DNA of 64,000 bases from Coriobacteriia bacterium (GCA_016649875.1 JAENWW010000007.1:19715-83714); one strand, 5' to 3'; positions 9,088-19,131 are shown, counted from the first letter of the stretch. The notes: generated by a model not told the origin, from the letters alone. Program-made: numbers and translations.

Positions 9088-9096
9088 TGCTAGAAT
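9088..9096 (+). promoter_or_regulatory. Possible extended -10 element (TGcTAGAAT) upstream of glmU
   Basis: TGCTAGAAT lies 72 nt upstream of ATG 9169. I see no convincing -35. Confidence 0.3.
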
Positions 9097-9168
9097 GGTA
9101 GGGCACGCAACAGTTCGGTTGCATTAATTTATTTCGCAAAGGCGTGTACGCGATAGGAGATTTTCCAT

Positions 9169-10602
9169 ATGCCAACGATTGCACTCATCCTCGCCGCCGG
9201 CCAGGGTACTCGCATGAAGTCGAAAACGCCGAAAGTGATTCATAAAATCCTCGGTATCCCTCTGGTTGAGTTCGTCATCGATGCCGCGCAAGAGGCCCAG
9301 TGCGAGGATATAGTGGTCATCACCGGGCATCAAGCCGAGGAAGTCGAGGCGGTGCTCCCTGCGAGAGTTCATGCTGTTCGCCAGGCGCAACGTATAGGGA
9401 CGGCGAATGCCGTCGGTGTCTCGAAAAAAATAGTCGAAAAACTTGCCGGGCGCTCATTGATGGCCGATTCAACCGACCCCGATAACGGGATTCTCGTCGT
9501 TTTGTCGGGGGATGTTCCTCTTCTCAACGCTCAGACCATCGAGGAGTTAATCAAGCACTGCAAAAAAACCCACTCCGCAATGACCGTTCTGACGGCCATT
9601 TTGCCTGATTCAAACGGCTACGGGCGTATCGTGCGAAACGAAGCCGGCGACGTCGAACGTATCGTCGAGGACAAAGATGCCTCCGAAAAGGAACGTTCCA
9701 TAAAGGAAATCAACACGGGAATCTATTGCTTCGCACTCGATAATTTATACGATCGTCTCGATCGCATCGACAATGACAATGCTCAAGGGGAGTATTACCT
9801 GACCGACATCCTCGCTCTGCTTCTCGCAGACGGTGAGCGTGTCACGGCGTTGCCTGTCAAGGAGCCGGCTGAAGTCGGCGGCGTGAATACTCGCGTTCAG
9901 CTTGCGCAAGCGACCGCACTCATGCAAGAGCGTATCAACACGCGGCTTATGACTGCCGGCGTCACGATGGTCTCTCCGGCGACTACGTGGATTTCTCCGC
10001 GGGCCGTCATAGCGGCGGATACGGAAATTCTGCCGAACACGCACATTCTCGGCGCTTCGTCTATCGGCGAGGATTGCATCATCGGTCCCGACACCCGTAT
10101 CATCGACTCCACCGTCGAGAAGGGGGCCCGCATCGACTCATCGATAATTCTGGCATCGACGGTCGGTGAGGCGGCCAACATCGGTCCGCGCGCTTACCTG
10201 CGGCCGGGGTGCGTTCTCGAAGCCGATACGAAGGTGGGAACCAGCGTCGAGCTCAAAGCGACTCATCTCGGTCGCGGCAGTAAAATTCCTCACCTGAGCT
10301 ATGTCGGCGACGCCGACATCGGTGAGAACTGCAATCTCGGCGCCGGCACGATAACGTGCAATTACGACGGATACACGAAGTCCAAGACGATCATCGGCGA
10401 CAATGTGTTTATCGGTTCTGATACAATGCTTATTGCGCCCGTCACCATCGGAGACGGTGCCACCATCGGTGCATCGAGTGCCATCACGAAAGATGTGCCC
10501 GAAAATGCGCTCGCGCTCGAACGCAATGAGCAAAAAATCATAAAAGACTGGGCTGCCAGAAGGCGCTTGAAGAAAAATATGAGAGAGGAAGCGAAACAAT
10601 AA
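9169..10602 (+). CDS. glmU: Bifunctional UDP-N-acetylglucosamine pyrophosphorylase / glucosamine-1-phosphate N-acetyltransferase
   Basis: The N-terminus LAAGQGTRMKS is followed by C-terminal hexapeptide (left-handed beta-helix) repeats. 477 aa. Confidence 0.92.
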   Translation: MPTIALILAAGQGTRMKSKTPKVIHKILGIPLVEFVIDAAQEAQCEDIVVITGHQAEEVEAVLPARVHAVRQAQRIGTANAVGVSKKIVEKLAGRSLMADSTDPDNGILVVLSGDVPLLNAQTIEELIKHCKKTHSAMTVLTAILPDSNGYGRIVRNEAGDVERIVEDKDASEKERSIKEINTGIYCFALDNLYDRLDRIDNDNAQGEYYLTDILALLLADGERVTALPVKEPAEVGGVNTRVQLAQATALMQERINTRLMTAGVTMVSPATTWISPRAVIAADTEILPNTHILGASSIGEDCIIGPDTRIIDSTVEKGARIDSSIILASTVGEAANIGPRAYLRPGCVLEADTKVGTSVELKATHLGRGSKIPHLSYVGDADIGENCNLGAGTITCNYDGYTKSKTIIGDNVFIGSDTMLIAPVTIGDGATIGASSAITKDVPENALALERNEQKIIKDWAARRRLKKNMREEAKQ

Positions 10603-11555
10603 TGGATAGGCGCATGTTGCTCTTTTCCGGAACCGCCAATCACCCGATTGCCGAGGAAATCGCTCAGCAGTTGGGGACGGAATTGGGGAATATTAAAATT
10701 CGCCATTTCGCAAACGGTGAGATTTATGTTCGCTTTCTCGAGTCGGTGCGTGGCGCCGACGTCTTTTTGATTCAATCCATCTCAGCACCGGTCAACGAAT
10801 CTCTCATGGAGCTCCTCATCATGATTGATGCGGCGAAGCGCGCGAGTGCCGGACGCATCATCGTGGTCATGCCTCATTACGGTTATGCGCGTCAAGATAA
10901 GAAGAGCGCGGCGCGAGAGCCTATCACGGCAAAACTCGTCGCCGATCTCGTTTCGACCGCAGGTGCCACCAGCATCATCACCATGGATTTACACCAAGGC
11001 CAAATTCAGGGATTCTTCGATATTCCGGTCAATCACCTGACGGCGATCGGGATTCTCGCCGATTATTTCGAGAGTCTCAAGCTTGAGGATATGGTCGTCG
11101 TGAGCCCCGATGTCGGACGCGCGAAGGCATGTAAAAAACTCTCCGATATGCTCGGCTGCGGTTTGGCCATCATGCATAAGGGCCGCCCCGACCATAATCT
11201 CGCCGAAATCAATCACGTCATCGGTGACGTCGAGGGCAAGACATGTATCATGACAGATGATATGGTCGATACCGCCGGCTCGATTACCGAGGGAGTTCGC
11301 GTGCTCAACGCGAAGGGCGCCAAAGCGATTTATGTCGGCGCGACTCACGGCATTTTCTCTCCTCCCGCCTTCGAGCGCATCGAGAGTGCTCCCATCGAGC
11401 AGCTTGTGGTCACCAACACGATTCCCGTACCCGAAGAGCGCCTCACCGGGAAAATCAAAGTGCTCTCGGTCGCGCCCATGTTTGCTCGCGCAATTTCCGC
11501 AGTCTATAACTACGGCAGCGTTTCGGATTTGTTCGACCCCGACTTTCAGCTTTAG
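10602..11555 (+). CDS. prs: Ribose-phosphate pyrophosphokinase
   Basis: Contains HYGYARQDKK and the PRPP-binding loop MTDDMVDTAGS. Its start overlaps the glmU stop. Confidence 0.92.
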   Translation: MDRRMLLFSGTANHPIAEEIAQQLGTELGNIKIRHFANGEIYVRFLESVRGADVFLIQSISAPVNESLMELLIMIDAAKRASAGRIIVVMPHYGYARQDKKSAAREPITAKLVADLVSTAGATSIITMDLHQGQIQGFFDIPVNHLTAIGILADYFESLKLEDMVVVSPDVGRAKACKKLSDMLGCGLAIMHKGRPDHNLAEINHVIGDVEGKTCIMTDDMVDTAGSITEGVRVLNAKGAKAIYVGATHGIFSPPAFERIESAPIEQLVVTNTIPVPEERLTGKIKVLSVAPMFARAISAVYNYGSVSDLFDPDFQL

Positions 11556-11580
11556 AAGAAAAGCAGAGGCGATACGTCAC

Positions 11581-12150
11581 ATGACCTATTTGATTGCAGG
11601 TCTCGGCAATCCCGGCGAGGAGTACGCGCTCACGCGTCATAACGCCGGTTTCATGGTCGTCGATGAATTGGCACGTCGTCATAATGCCCGTTACTGGAAG
11701 AGCGAGGGGGGTGCTTTGACGAGCGAAGTGAGCTTCGGAGAGCACGACATCATTCTCGTAAAGCCTCAAACGTTCATGAATCTTTCGGGATCGGCGCTCG
11801 CCAATGTGGCGAAAACCCACGGGGTCGAGTCGGACGCCGTAATCGTCGTTCACGACGAACTCGACATCGATGCCGGGACCGTGCGGCTCAAGTTCGACGG
11901 GGGACACGCAGGGCATAACGGCTTGCGCTCGATTCACGAGAAGCTGCAAACATCCGCCTATGCGCGTGTGCGCGTCGGCATAGGACGACCGCCGGGACGC
12001 ATGAAAGCGGCGGATTATGTTCTCGCGGCGCTGCGTAAAGAGGCGGCCGAGGATTTGGCAGTGGCAGTGCAAACCGCCGCCGATGCCTGCGAGGAAATCG
12101 TGTGCACTTCGTTTGCCGCGGCGATGAATCGCTACAACACGACAAACTGA
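11581..12150 (+). CDS. pth: Peptidyl-tRNA hydrolase
   Basis: I trimmed the track ORF 11257..12150 to ATG 11581. The N-terminus MTYLIAGLGNPGEEYALTRHNAGF is canonical for Pth. Confidence 0.9.
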   Translation: MTYLIAGLGNPGEEYALTRHNAGFMVVDELARRHNARYWKSEGGALTSEVSFGEHDIILVKPQTFMNLSGSALANVAKTHGVESDAVIVVHDELDIDAGTVRLKFDGGHAGHNGLRSIHEKLQTSAYARVRVGIGRPPGRMKAADYVLAALRKEAAEDLAVAVQTAADACEEIVCTSFAAAMNRYNTTN

Positions 12151-12158
12151 CCGAACGA

Positions 12159-12176
12159 CATCGCTGCGCAGCGATG
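12159..12176. terminator. Perfect 18-nt palindrome between convergent pth and the M23 peptidase gene (possible bidirectional terminator)
   Basis: CATCGCTGCGCAGCGATG. The flanking T/A tracts are weak. Confidence 0.35.
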
Positions 12177-12197
12177 CATACATTTAATTCGATAGCA

Positions 12198-13460
12198 CTA
12201 ATAAGACAGTGGGTTTTTCGGAGTTCCGTTGACGCGGACTTCCCAGTGACAGTGCGGACCGGTGGAGTTTCCGGTGCTGCCCACGGTACCGATGCGCTGT
12301 CCGGCTCTCACTTTTTGTCCGACGGAAACTTTGATGCCTCCGGATCGTTGATGGGCATAAAGCGTCGTGACACCGTTACCGTGATCGATGATGACGGTGT
12401 TGCCGTAGCCCCCGCGGTATCCGGCCGAGATGACCGTCCCGCTTGCTGCGGCCAAGATTGTCGAACCGGATGGGGCTCCGATATCGACTCCCGTGTGAAG
12501 CTCGCGCCCGTGATAGGGGCAAATTCGAGGACCGAAGTTCGACGTGACCCGGTGCGATGCGGGGATCGGCCAAGTCATGCTGCCGTGGAAAACTCCGCTT
12601 CCGTTCCCTTTGAGTTGCGAGGCGAGCCTTGCCGCCGTCGCCTCTTCTTCTTCGGCGAGTGCGCGCAATTTCGTGGCGTCGCCTTGCGCATTTTGCATCA
12701 AAGTCGTCTTTTGATCTTGGGCTTGTTGCGCGCCGAGTGCCGAGTTTTGCCGACTTGCTTTCAATTGCTTGAGATCGGTTGCGGTTCTGACCGCCTCATC
12801 GGTTTTGTTTTGTGCCGACTCGACTATTTTGTCGAGCTGTATTTTATTGTTGTCCAACTTGCGCTTCGACAATGCCAAACCGGCGGCTGTCTCGCTGTTC
12901 GAGGTGAGAATCCGGTTGGCGAATTCCGCGCGTGTGATGAAATCGCCCATGTCAGAAGACCCGAACAAGAGATCGAGAAAATAGTCGCTCCCCTGTTTAT
13001 AGGACTGTACGACACGAGAAGAGAGTTGTTTTTGCTGGGTCCGGTACTCCGCCGTCGTGCTGGCGATTTGGCTGGTGAGCTCCACTTTTTGAGTTTTGAG
13101 CGCGCTTAACTCTGCAGTGAGTCGTCCGGCATTTCGAGATGCTTTAGCGATTGCAGAGTCGTAGCCGGCGGCCTGCTTCGCGTAGTTTTCCGCCTCCGCA
13201 TCGAGCTGAGCAACCTCTTTTTTCAAAGCGGCGGCTTCGTTGTCTTTGGCTGCGGCCTGCATGCGTGCAGCGGCGGCTTTCGATTTGAGGGAGCTCACGC
13301 TGCCCCACGCGAAATCCCGTGGAGGGATATATGTCGAAAACAGTGAGGCACATATCAAAATCGCGAGCCCAGAGCGTCGCATCTGCGGCGTGAGGAAGCG
13401 AGCATATTTTTTTACGAGGGCAAACGTCATGAAAACAATCCTTTTGCGGTAAATTATCAA
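12198..13460 (-). CDS. Coiled-coil M23-family peptidoglycan metalloendopeptidase
   Basis: The C-terminus has HTGVDIGAPSGSTI...GNTVIIDHGNG...GSTGNSTGPHCHWEV (HxxxD and HxH motifs). It follows a long Ala/Gln/Lys-rich coiled-coil. The start is uncertain. Confidence 0.85.
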   Translation of the reverse strand: MIIYRKRIVFMTFALVKKYARFLTPQMRRSGLAILICASLFSTYIPPRDFAWGSVSSLKSKAAAARMQAAAKDNEAAALKKEVAQLDAEAENYAKQAAGYDSAIAKASRNAGRLTAELSALKTQKVELTSQIASTTAEYRTQQKQLSSRVVQSYKQGSDYFLDLLFGSSDMGDFITRAEFANRILTSNSETAAGLALSKRKLDNNKIQLDKIVESAQNKTDEAVRTATDLKQLKASRQNSALGAQQAQDQKTTLMQNAQGDATKLRALAEEEEATAARLASQLKGNGSGVFHGSMTWPIPASHRVTSNFGPRICPYHGRELHTGVDIGAPSGSTILAAASGTVISAGYRGGYGNTVIIDHGNGVTTLYAHQRSGGIKVSVGQKVRAGQRIGTVGSTGNSTGPHCHWEVRVNGTPKNPLSY

Positions 13461-13611
13461 AAAACCGCGCTGTGCTGGGGTAGCATGAAGAGAGAATTAA
13501 TTGACTACCGTCAGTATAATGTCCGATTGGATCCATAAACTACCCCGCGCATTCTTTTGTTGTCGAAAAGTAACCAAAGGGTACTTCTGCGAGTTTTGGA
13601 GAAATATTCAC

Positions 13612-14451
13612 ATGTTCAACGTTCTTGCCAAGAGGCAACTTTCAGAAGCGGTGTTCGAAATCACCGTCGAGGCTCCCGAAATAGCCCGTAAGGTTCAAGC
13701 CGGGCAGTTTCTCATCATCCGCGCGACTGAAGACGGCGAACGTGTGCCGTTTACTTTTTCGGATTGGTCTGCTGAGGAAGGTTGGATAAAGTTCATTTTT
13801 ATGAAAGTGGGCAAAACTTCCCATCTCATTTCGCACCTCGAACGCAATGACGTTATAGCAGACGTAGCCGGTCCTCTCGGAAACCCCACGGAGATCGAGG
13901 ACAAGAGCCGCATTGCAGTCATCGGCGGTGGCGTCGGCTGCGCGGTGGCCTACCCGGTCGCGCGCGCGCTGTGCGATGCGGGAGCCGAGGTCACGGTGAT
14001 AATGGGCGCACGAAAGGGAGAATTGCTCATTCTCAAAGAAGAGTTCGAGGCGTTGCCTCTCAAGGATTTCATCATTATGACCGATGACGGCAGCGCCGGC
14101 GAAAAAGGTCTCGTCACAGCTCCGCTCGGTGAGTTGTGCAAAAATGGTGAGCTCGACAATGCTTTCGCGGTCGGTCCGGCCATCATGATGAAGTTTTGCG
14201 CGGCCACGACCGGTGAATACGGAGTTCCGACCGCTGTTTCGCTCAACCCGATTATGGTTGACGGAACCGGCATGTGCGGGGCTTGTCGCGTCACCGTTTT
14301 CGGGGAAACGAAATTCGGCTGTGTCGACGGACCCGATTTCGATGCGGCGGGTGTCAACTGGAATGAGTTGATGACACGACAAAGGTTATATCAAGAAGAA
14401 GAACGCGTTGCCGACGCCGAGTATGCAGGGAGCTGTTCATGCCATATATAG
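13612..14451 (+). CDS. Ferredoxin-NADP+ reductase / sulfide dehydrogenase-type FAD/[2Fe-2S] subunit (NfnA-like)
   Basis: I trimmed the track ORF to ATG 13612 (MFNVLAKRQL...). It has an FAD-binding barrel, and a C-terminal Cys cluster GTGMCGACRV...CVDGP. It is paired with a GltD-like subunit. Confidence 0.75.
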   Translation: MFNVLAKRQLSEAVFEITVEAPEIARKVQAGQFLIIRATEDGERVPFTFSDWSAEEGWIKFIFMKVGKTSHLISHLERNDVIADVAGPLGNPTEIEDKSRIAVIGGGVGCAVAYPVARALCDAGAEVTVIMGARKGELLILKEEFEALPLKDFIIMTDDGSAGEKGLVTAPLGELCKNGELDNAFAVGPAIMMKFCAATTGEYGVPTAVSLNPIMVDGTGMCGACRVTVFGETKFGCVDGPDFDAAGVNWNELMTRQRLYQEEERVADAEYAGSCSCHI

Positions 14452-15872
14452 ACGGGAAACGCAGGCCTTCTCGTGAGCCGCGTCAGGTGATGGGAATGCA
14501 AGACCCGAAAGTTCGCCATCGGAATTTCGATGAGGTCGCGCTCGGCTTCACCGAAGAACAAGCGCGCGCCGAGGCGGACCGCTGCCTCCAGTGTAAAAAC
14601 CCCACGTGCGAACAAGGCTGCCCGGTCAATGTGAGAATCCGTGATTTCATCGGTGGAATTTTGGACGATGATTTCTGTGGCGGTGTCGCAGCGCTTCGAG
14701 AGAGAAACGCGCTCCCTGCGGTTTGCGGTCGCGTGTGTACGCAAGAGACGCAGTGCGAGGCTGCCTGTGTGCTTTCGAAGAAAGGGACACCGGTTGCAAT
14801 CGGCGGTCTCGAGCGGTTCTTGGCCGATTGGGATAGAAGCCGTGAGCCGGGAATGCGCTGCAAGACGGTTGCGGCTCCCCGCAACGGTAAGCGCGTTGCG
14901 GTTATCGGGTCGGGTCCTTCAGGTTTGGCTTGTGCCGGTGAACTGTCGCTTCTCGGCTACGGAGTCACGGTGTATGAGTCCTTGCATACTGCAGGAGGAG
15001 TTTTGGCCTACGGTATCCCGGAGTTTCGTCTGCCCAAGTCCATCTTGCAAGACGAGGTCGAGGCGCTGCGCACGGCGCGCGTCGAGTTCAAATTCGACCA
15101 GGTCGTCGGGCGAATCACAAACGCGCAAGAGCTTTTGGACGAGCAGGGTTTCAGTGCGATATTTCTCGGCACGGGGGCCGGGCTGCCGATTTTCCTGGGG
15201 ATTCCCGGAGAAAACCAAAACGGTGTTTTCAGCGCAAACGAGTATCTCACGCGCGTGAACTTGATGCGCGCTTATGATTTTCCCAAGACGGACACTCCCG
15301 TGTGGCGGGGAAACCGCGTGGTGGTCATCGGAGGCGGTAATGTCGCCATGGATTCTGCCCGAACGGCGCTTCGTCTCGGCGCCGCCGAAGTTTATTTGGT
15401 CTATCGGCGCACCGAAGAAGAAATGCCGGCCCGTATCGAGGAGAGAAATCATGCCAAAGAAGAAGGCGTGATTTTCAAGGAACTTTATGCACCGCTCGAA
15501 GTCGTCGGCGACCAAGGCTGGTGCACTGGCTTGCGTGTCCAAAGAATGCGTCTCGGACAGCCCGACGCAAGCGGCAGACGCAGCCCCATGCCGATTGAAG
15601 GTGAGGAGTCCGTCATCGAATGCGATACCGTGATTTCAGCGGTTGGGACGCGTGCGCATCATTTAGCCGGTAAGATCAGCGATGTCAAAATGACGGATCG
15701 CGGCTACGTCGAAGCCGATGACGACGGGCGCACGAGCAATCCTCGGATTTTTGCCGGGGGAGATATCGTCACGGGAGCTGCAACGGTTATTTTGGCAATG
15801 GGTGCCGGTAAAAAAGCGGCGCACGCAATCGATGAGTATGTGAAGAACCGACCCACGGGTGCAAAGGTTTAG
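14439..15872 (+). CDS. GltD-like NADPH-dependent oxidoreductase subunit (NfnB / homotetrameric-type glutamate synthase family)
   Basis: Contains CLQCKNPTCEQGCPV and CGRVCTQETQCEAAC Fe-S motifs plus the dinucleotide folds VIGSGPSGLA and VIGGGNVAMD. Confidence 0.8.
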   Translation: MPYIDGKRRPSREPRQVMGMQDPKVRHRNFDEVALGFTEEQARAEADRCLQCKNPTCEQGCPVNVRIRDFIGGILDDDFCGGVAALRERNALPAVCGRVCTQETQCEAACVLSKKGTPVAIGGLERFLADWDRSREPGMRCKTVAAPRNGKRVAVIGSGPSGLACAGELSLLGYGVTVYESLHTAGGVLAYGIPEFRLPKSILQDEVEALRTARVEFKFDQVVGRITNAQELLDEQGFSAIFLGTGAGLPIFLGIPGENQNGVFSANEYLTRVNLMRAYDFPKTDTPVWRGNRVVVIGGGNVAMDSARTALRLGAAEVYLVYRRTEEEMPARIEERNHAKEEGVIFKELYAPLEVVGDQGWCTGLRVQRMRLGQPDASGRRSPMPIEGEESVIECDTVISAVGTRAHHLAGKISDVKMTDRGYVEADDDGRTSNPRIFAGGDIVTGAATVILAMGAGKKAAHAIDEYVKNRPTGAKV

Positions 15873-15929
15873 CATATGACGCAAGAGTCCGTGGTGAAAA
15901 TCGCCGTGGTGGATATTTAGAAAGAATCG

Positions 15930-17294
15930 TCAGTTTTTGAGCGCTTGTAACGGAGCCGGTATCCGCCCGCCTCGGTGCGCGAAAATACTTCCCGCATAAG
16001 CGTTGACCGGCATGACCGGCGCATATCCGAGCAACCCTCCGAAATTTACGTAATCTCCGACATTTTTCCCGATGGCGGGAATCAGACGCACGGCGGTGGT
16101 CTTGGAGTTCACCATGCCGATTGCGCACTCATCGGCTATGATGCCGGCTATCGTTTCAGTCGAAGTGTCTCCGGGAATGGCTATCATGTCGAGCCCGACA
16201 GAGCAGACTGCCGTCATGGCTTCGAGCTTCTCGATGGTCAAAGCGCCGCGCTCGGCCGCCCGAATCATATTCGCATCTTCGGAGACGGGGATGAAAGCAC
16301 CGGAAAGACCGCCGGCGCTTGATGTTCCCATGGCGCCGCCCTTTTTCACCGCATCGTTGAGGAGCGCGAGTGCGGCCGTGGTCCCGGGCCCGCCACAGGT
16401 GCCCACGCCGATGGCCTCTATGATTGCCGCGACCGAGTCGCCTTCAGCCGGTGTCGGGGCGAGAGATAGGTCGACTATTCCCATATTGGCGTTCATCCGT
16501 TTTGCGGTTTCCCGTGCGATGAGCTCGCCTACGCGCGTGATTTTGAAAGCCGTCGATTTCACCGCTTCCGCCACGGTGGTGAGGTCGGCGTCTTGGGGGA
16601 GGTTGGCGAGCACGGCACGTACGACGCCCGGTCCGGAAATGCCCACATTGATGGAGGCGTCTCCTTCTCCGGCATTATGTACCGCTCCCGCCATGAAAGG
16701 ATTGTCATCGACCATGTTTGCAAACACGACGAGTTTGGTACAAGCGATGGAATCTCGGTCGGCGGTTGCCTCCGCACACAATTTAATGGTTTCGGCCATG
16801 GTGAGCACGGCGTCCATGTTGATGCCGGCACGCGTGGAGGCGACGTTGACCGAAGCGCACACGCGATCGGTTGTAGAGAGTGCCTCCGGCAGTGAGGCGA
16901 TGAGTTTAGCGCTGCCGGCACCGATGTTTTTGTGGACGAGTGCGGAAAATCCGCCGATGAAGTCGACACCGACCTCATGCGCCGCACGGTTGAGCGCAAG
17001 CGCGAAAGGCGTCGCATCGTTCGTGTCGCACGTTGCCATAAGCTGGGCGATGGGAGTGACGGAGATGCGTTTGTTCACAATCGGGACGCCGTACTCGCGT
17101 TCGAGTTGTTCGGCGACCGATACGAGATTCTTCGCCGATGCGACGACGTGTTCATATACGCGCTGTGCGGCGACATTGATGTCACGGTCGGCGCAGGTCC
17201 GCAGCGACAAACCGAGCGTTATCGTGCGCACATCGAGGTTCTGCTTTTGCACCATTGTCAGAGTTTCGATGATTTCATCCTGGGTGATATACAT
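15930..17294 (-). CDS. UPF0210 / PFL-like (DUF711) family protein
   Basis: 454 aa starting [31 protein letters not shown]. It is paired with an upstream small ACT protein, as is usual for this family. Confidence 0.75.
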   Translation of the reverse strand: MYITQDEIIETLTMVQKQNLDVRTITLGLSLRTCADRDINVAAQRVYEHVVASAKNLVSVAEQLEREYGVPIVNKRISVTPIAQLMATCDTNDATPFALALNRAAHEVGVDFIGGFSALVHKNIGAGSAKLIASLPEALSTTDRVCASVNVASTRAGINMDAVLTMAETIKLCAEATADRDSIACTKLVVFANMVDDNPFMAGAVHNAGEGDASINVGISGPGVVRAVLANLPQDADLTTVAEAVKSTAFKITRVGELIARETAKRMNANMGIVDLSLAPTPAEGDSVAAIIEAIGVGTCGGPGTTAALALLNDAVKKGGAMGTSSAGGLSGAFIPVSEDANMIRAAERGALTIEKLEAMTAVCSVGLDMIAIPGDTSTETIAGIIADECAIGMVNSKTTAVRLIPAIGKNVGDYVNFGGLLGYAPVMPVNAYAGSIFAHRGGRIPAPLQALKN

Positions 17295-17366
17295 GGGAGT
17301 CCTTGCGTGAGAGGGAGCGGGCTTATCGAGTGAGGCGGGGCCGGTGATTTCGTTCGGCCGAGCGGA

Positions 17367-17642
17367 TCAAATACGATGCATATAACGGAACACATCGCTT
17401 TTTTGCAGATTGATTTGTACGCTGAGCTTTTCTCCGCAGGCATTGAGCTCTTCTTGGAGATCGGCGAACGGTTTGATATCTTCGTGCAGAGTGACGATGA
17501 GTGTCATGGTGAACATGTTCGTCAATATGGATTGGTGTATGTCCTCTATGTTCGCACCGCCTTCGGATAAAACGCTTGCAACGGAGGCGACGATGCCTTT
17601 TTGGTCGATTCCCAATACGGTGACGATTGCCGTGTCATTCAT
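17367..17642 (-). CDS. ACT-domain protein (UPF0237 family)
   Basis: 91 aa starting AIVTVLGIDQKGIVASVASVL. It lies upstream of the UPF0210 gene. Confidence 0.75.
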   Translation of the reverse strand: MNDTAIVTVLGIDQKGIVASVASVLSEGGANIEDIHQSILTNMFTMTLIVTLHEDIKPFADLQEELNACGEKLSVQINLQKSDVFRYMHRI

Positions 17643-17678
17643 GCGGTCTCCTCGGTACGCTTCGTTTATACTTCTTGT

Positions 17679-17879
17679 ATGGAATATGATACAACAGTGC
17701 CCGCTTCGGACTTAAACATCGGCGACACCGTCGTCTTGAAAAAAGCGCACCCTTGCGGAGGACGCGCCTGGAAAATCACGCGCATCGGCGCGGACGTCAG
17801 TTTGCAATGTGAACAATGCAGGCACGTCGTCATGCTCTCGCGCTCGGAACTCGACCGCCGTATGGTGCGGCGGAACTGA
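17679..17879 (+). CDS. DUF951-family small protein
   Basis: I trimmed the ORF to ATG 17679. The sequence GDTVVLKKAHPCGGRAWKITRIGADVSLQCEQC is typical of DUF951. Confidence 0.6.
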   Translation: MEYDTTVPASDLNIGDTVVLKKAHPCGGRAWKITRIGADVSLQCEQCRHVVMLSRSELDRRMVRRN

Positions 17880-17964
17880 ATTTCTGCGGCACAATCGAAG
17901 CTAACCCCTGTAGGTTTAAAGCCACTCTCAATGAGAACCCGTCTCATCGACTCCTTGTGTGGTC

Positions 17965-19131
17965 TCAGTTGCCTTTGACTGCATGGCGTCGCTTGTATTC
18001 GGCGGTTGTCGTGTCGTTGAGTTGGATATGGGCGTGGTTGCCTCCATCGGGCGCATACGTACCGAGCTGATTGCGCACATAGGCCGACATTTTTCTGACG
18101 CGCGCAAGGGGGGTGACTCCTCCGACTACGGTCTCGCCCCTTTTTACGTAGGGGGATTTCACATGGATGAGAACGATTTCAAGGCTCGGGTACCCGACGG
18201 GTCGTATGTGGATTTCATAATCTTCGACTTTGTTCTCGTAGTTATACGTGCAAACTTTTGTGACGGTGCCTGTGACAGGCGCGAAAACAAGACTGCTCGA
18301 CGCAGCCCCGCAATCGATGGCGGTCATTGCCGAACCGCTCCTTCCCGTGCGCCAAAATTTGAGGGCGGAGCCGCACAGGAGCGCATTATTCCCCGTTTGT
18401 TGAACGGTTTTGTCGCGCTTGCTCCCCGTATCCTTTTCCGCCTTGCTCAAATCTTCAAACGGCATATGCGTGCTCAGCGGCAATGCATAAGAATAGCTTG
18501 CTTGATGGAATGCGACCTCGGTGAGATTTTCCACGCTTACGGGAAGGTGAATTATAACGCCTTTGTAAGTTGCGAGTTGCGGCGTCGGATTTGCGCTCGT
18601 CACCCCGAGCGCGACCGCTTCTTGCGCGATGCTTTGAAGCCTCGCATCCGCGGTGGAGCCCACCGATGCGACGGCGGAAGTGTCTGTCGACGATGTATCC
18701 CCTGCGTAGAGGGAATTCGTGCTCGCATACGCCGCCGGGACCTTATTTTGTGAAACGCTCGACTCCACTCCCGACCGGTTCGCAATTTTTCGACCGATTG
18801 CGTCGGTGTGTTTCATCCAGAGTATTCCCGAGAGGAAGAGAAGCACCAAACATATGCCCCCGATAGTCATGAGGCGATTGACGGTCTTGCGCTTTTCGGC
18901 TTGACGTATTTCGTGCCTGGATTGGAGTCTGATGCCGGCATCCCGTGTCGGGCGCAGACCGGCGCTCTTTCCGAATGCGTTGTCCCATGCCGGCTTGTTG
19001 CTCTTGATGACCTGCGGTTGCTCGTTGTCGCGTCTTTGTGCATTCGTCCGAACGGTGCGCTTTTTAGGCCGGACATGTTCACGGCGCGTCGAAAATTCAG
19101 AGGAATGTCTTGAGTGTTTCGATTTGTACAT
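17965..19131 (-). CDS. Membrane-anchored protein with a degenerate M23/LytM-like C-terminal domain
   Basis: It has a basic N-terminal tail and one TM segment (LMTIGGICLVLLFLSGILW). The C-terminus AMTAIDCGAASSSLVFAPVTGTV...GGNHAHIQL aligns by eye to LHTGVDIGAPSGSTILAAASGTV...GPHCHWEV of the M23 protein at 12198..13460, with the first His replaced by Met. Confidence 0.5.
   Translation of the reverse strand: MYKSKHSRHSSEFSTRREHVRPKKRTVRTNAQRRDNEQPQVIKSNKPAWDNAFGKSAGLRPTRDAGIRLQSRHEIRQAEKRKTVNRLMTIGGICLVLLFLSGILWMKHTDAIGRKIANRSGVESSVSQNKVPAAYASTNSLYAGDTSSTDTSAVASVGSTADARLQSIAQEAVALGVTSANPTPQLATYKGVIIHLPVSVENLTEVAFHQASYSYALPLSTHMPFEDLSKAEKDTGSKRDKTVQQTGNNALLCGSALKFWRTGRSGSAMTAIDCGAASSSLVFAPVTGTVTKVCTYNYENKVEDYEIHIRPVGYPSLEIVLIHVKSPYVKRGETVVGGVTPLARVRKMSAYVRNQLGTYAPDGGNHAHIQLNDTTTAEYKRRHAVKGN

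Noticed and set aside
11257-11580. 108-codon N-terminal extension of pth on the ORF track
   Set aside because: It overlaps the prs coding region in another frame. Pth homology starts exactly at MTYLIAGLGNPG (ATG 11581).
12102-13109. 335-aa plus-strand ORF opposite the M23 peptidase gene
   Set aside because: It is antisense to a gene with canonical HxxxD/HxH motifs. The frame is Arg/Gly/Cys-rich and implausible as a protein.
13501-13520. TTGACT...TATAAT pair upstream of the nfnA-like gene, considered as a promoter
   Set aside because: The two hexamers are only 8 nt apart, so they cannot serve as a -35/-10 pair. TATAAT alone may be a -10, but I could not find a supporting -35 or TG extension.
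16072-17310. 412-aa plus-strand ORF covering almost the whole UPF0210 gene
   Set aside because: It is antisense to a gene with clear family features. Its translation is Ala/Ser/Met-rich and low in complexity, with no RBS. This is a typical shadow ORF of GC-rich coding DNA.
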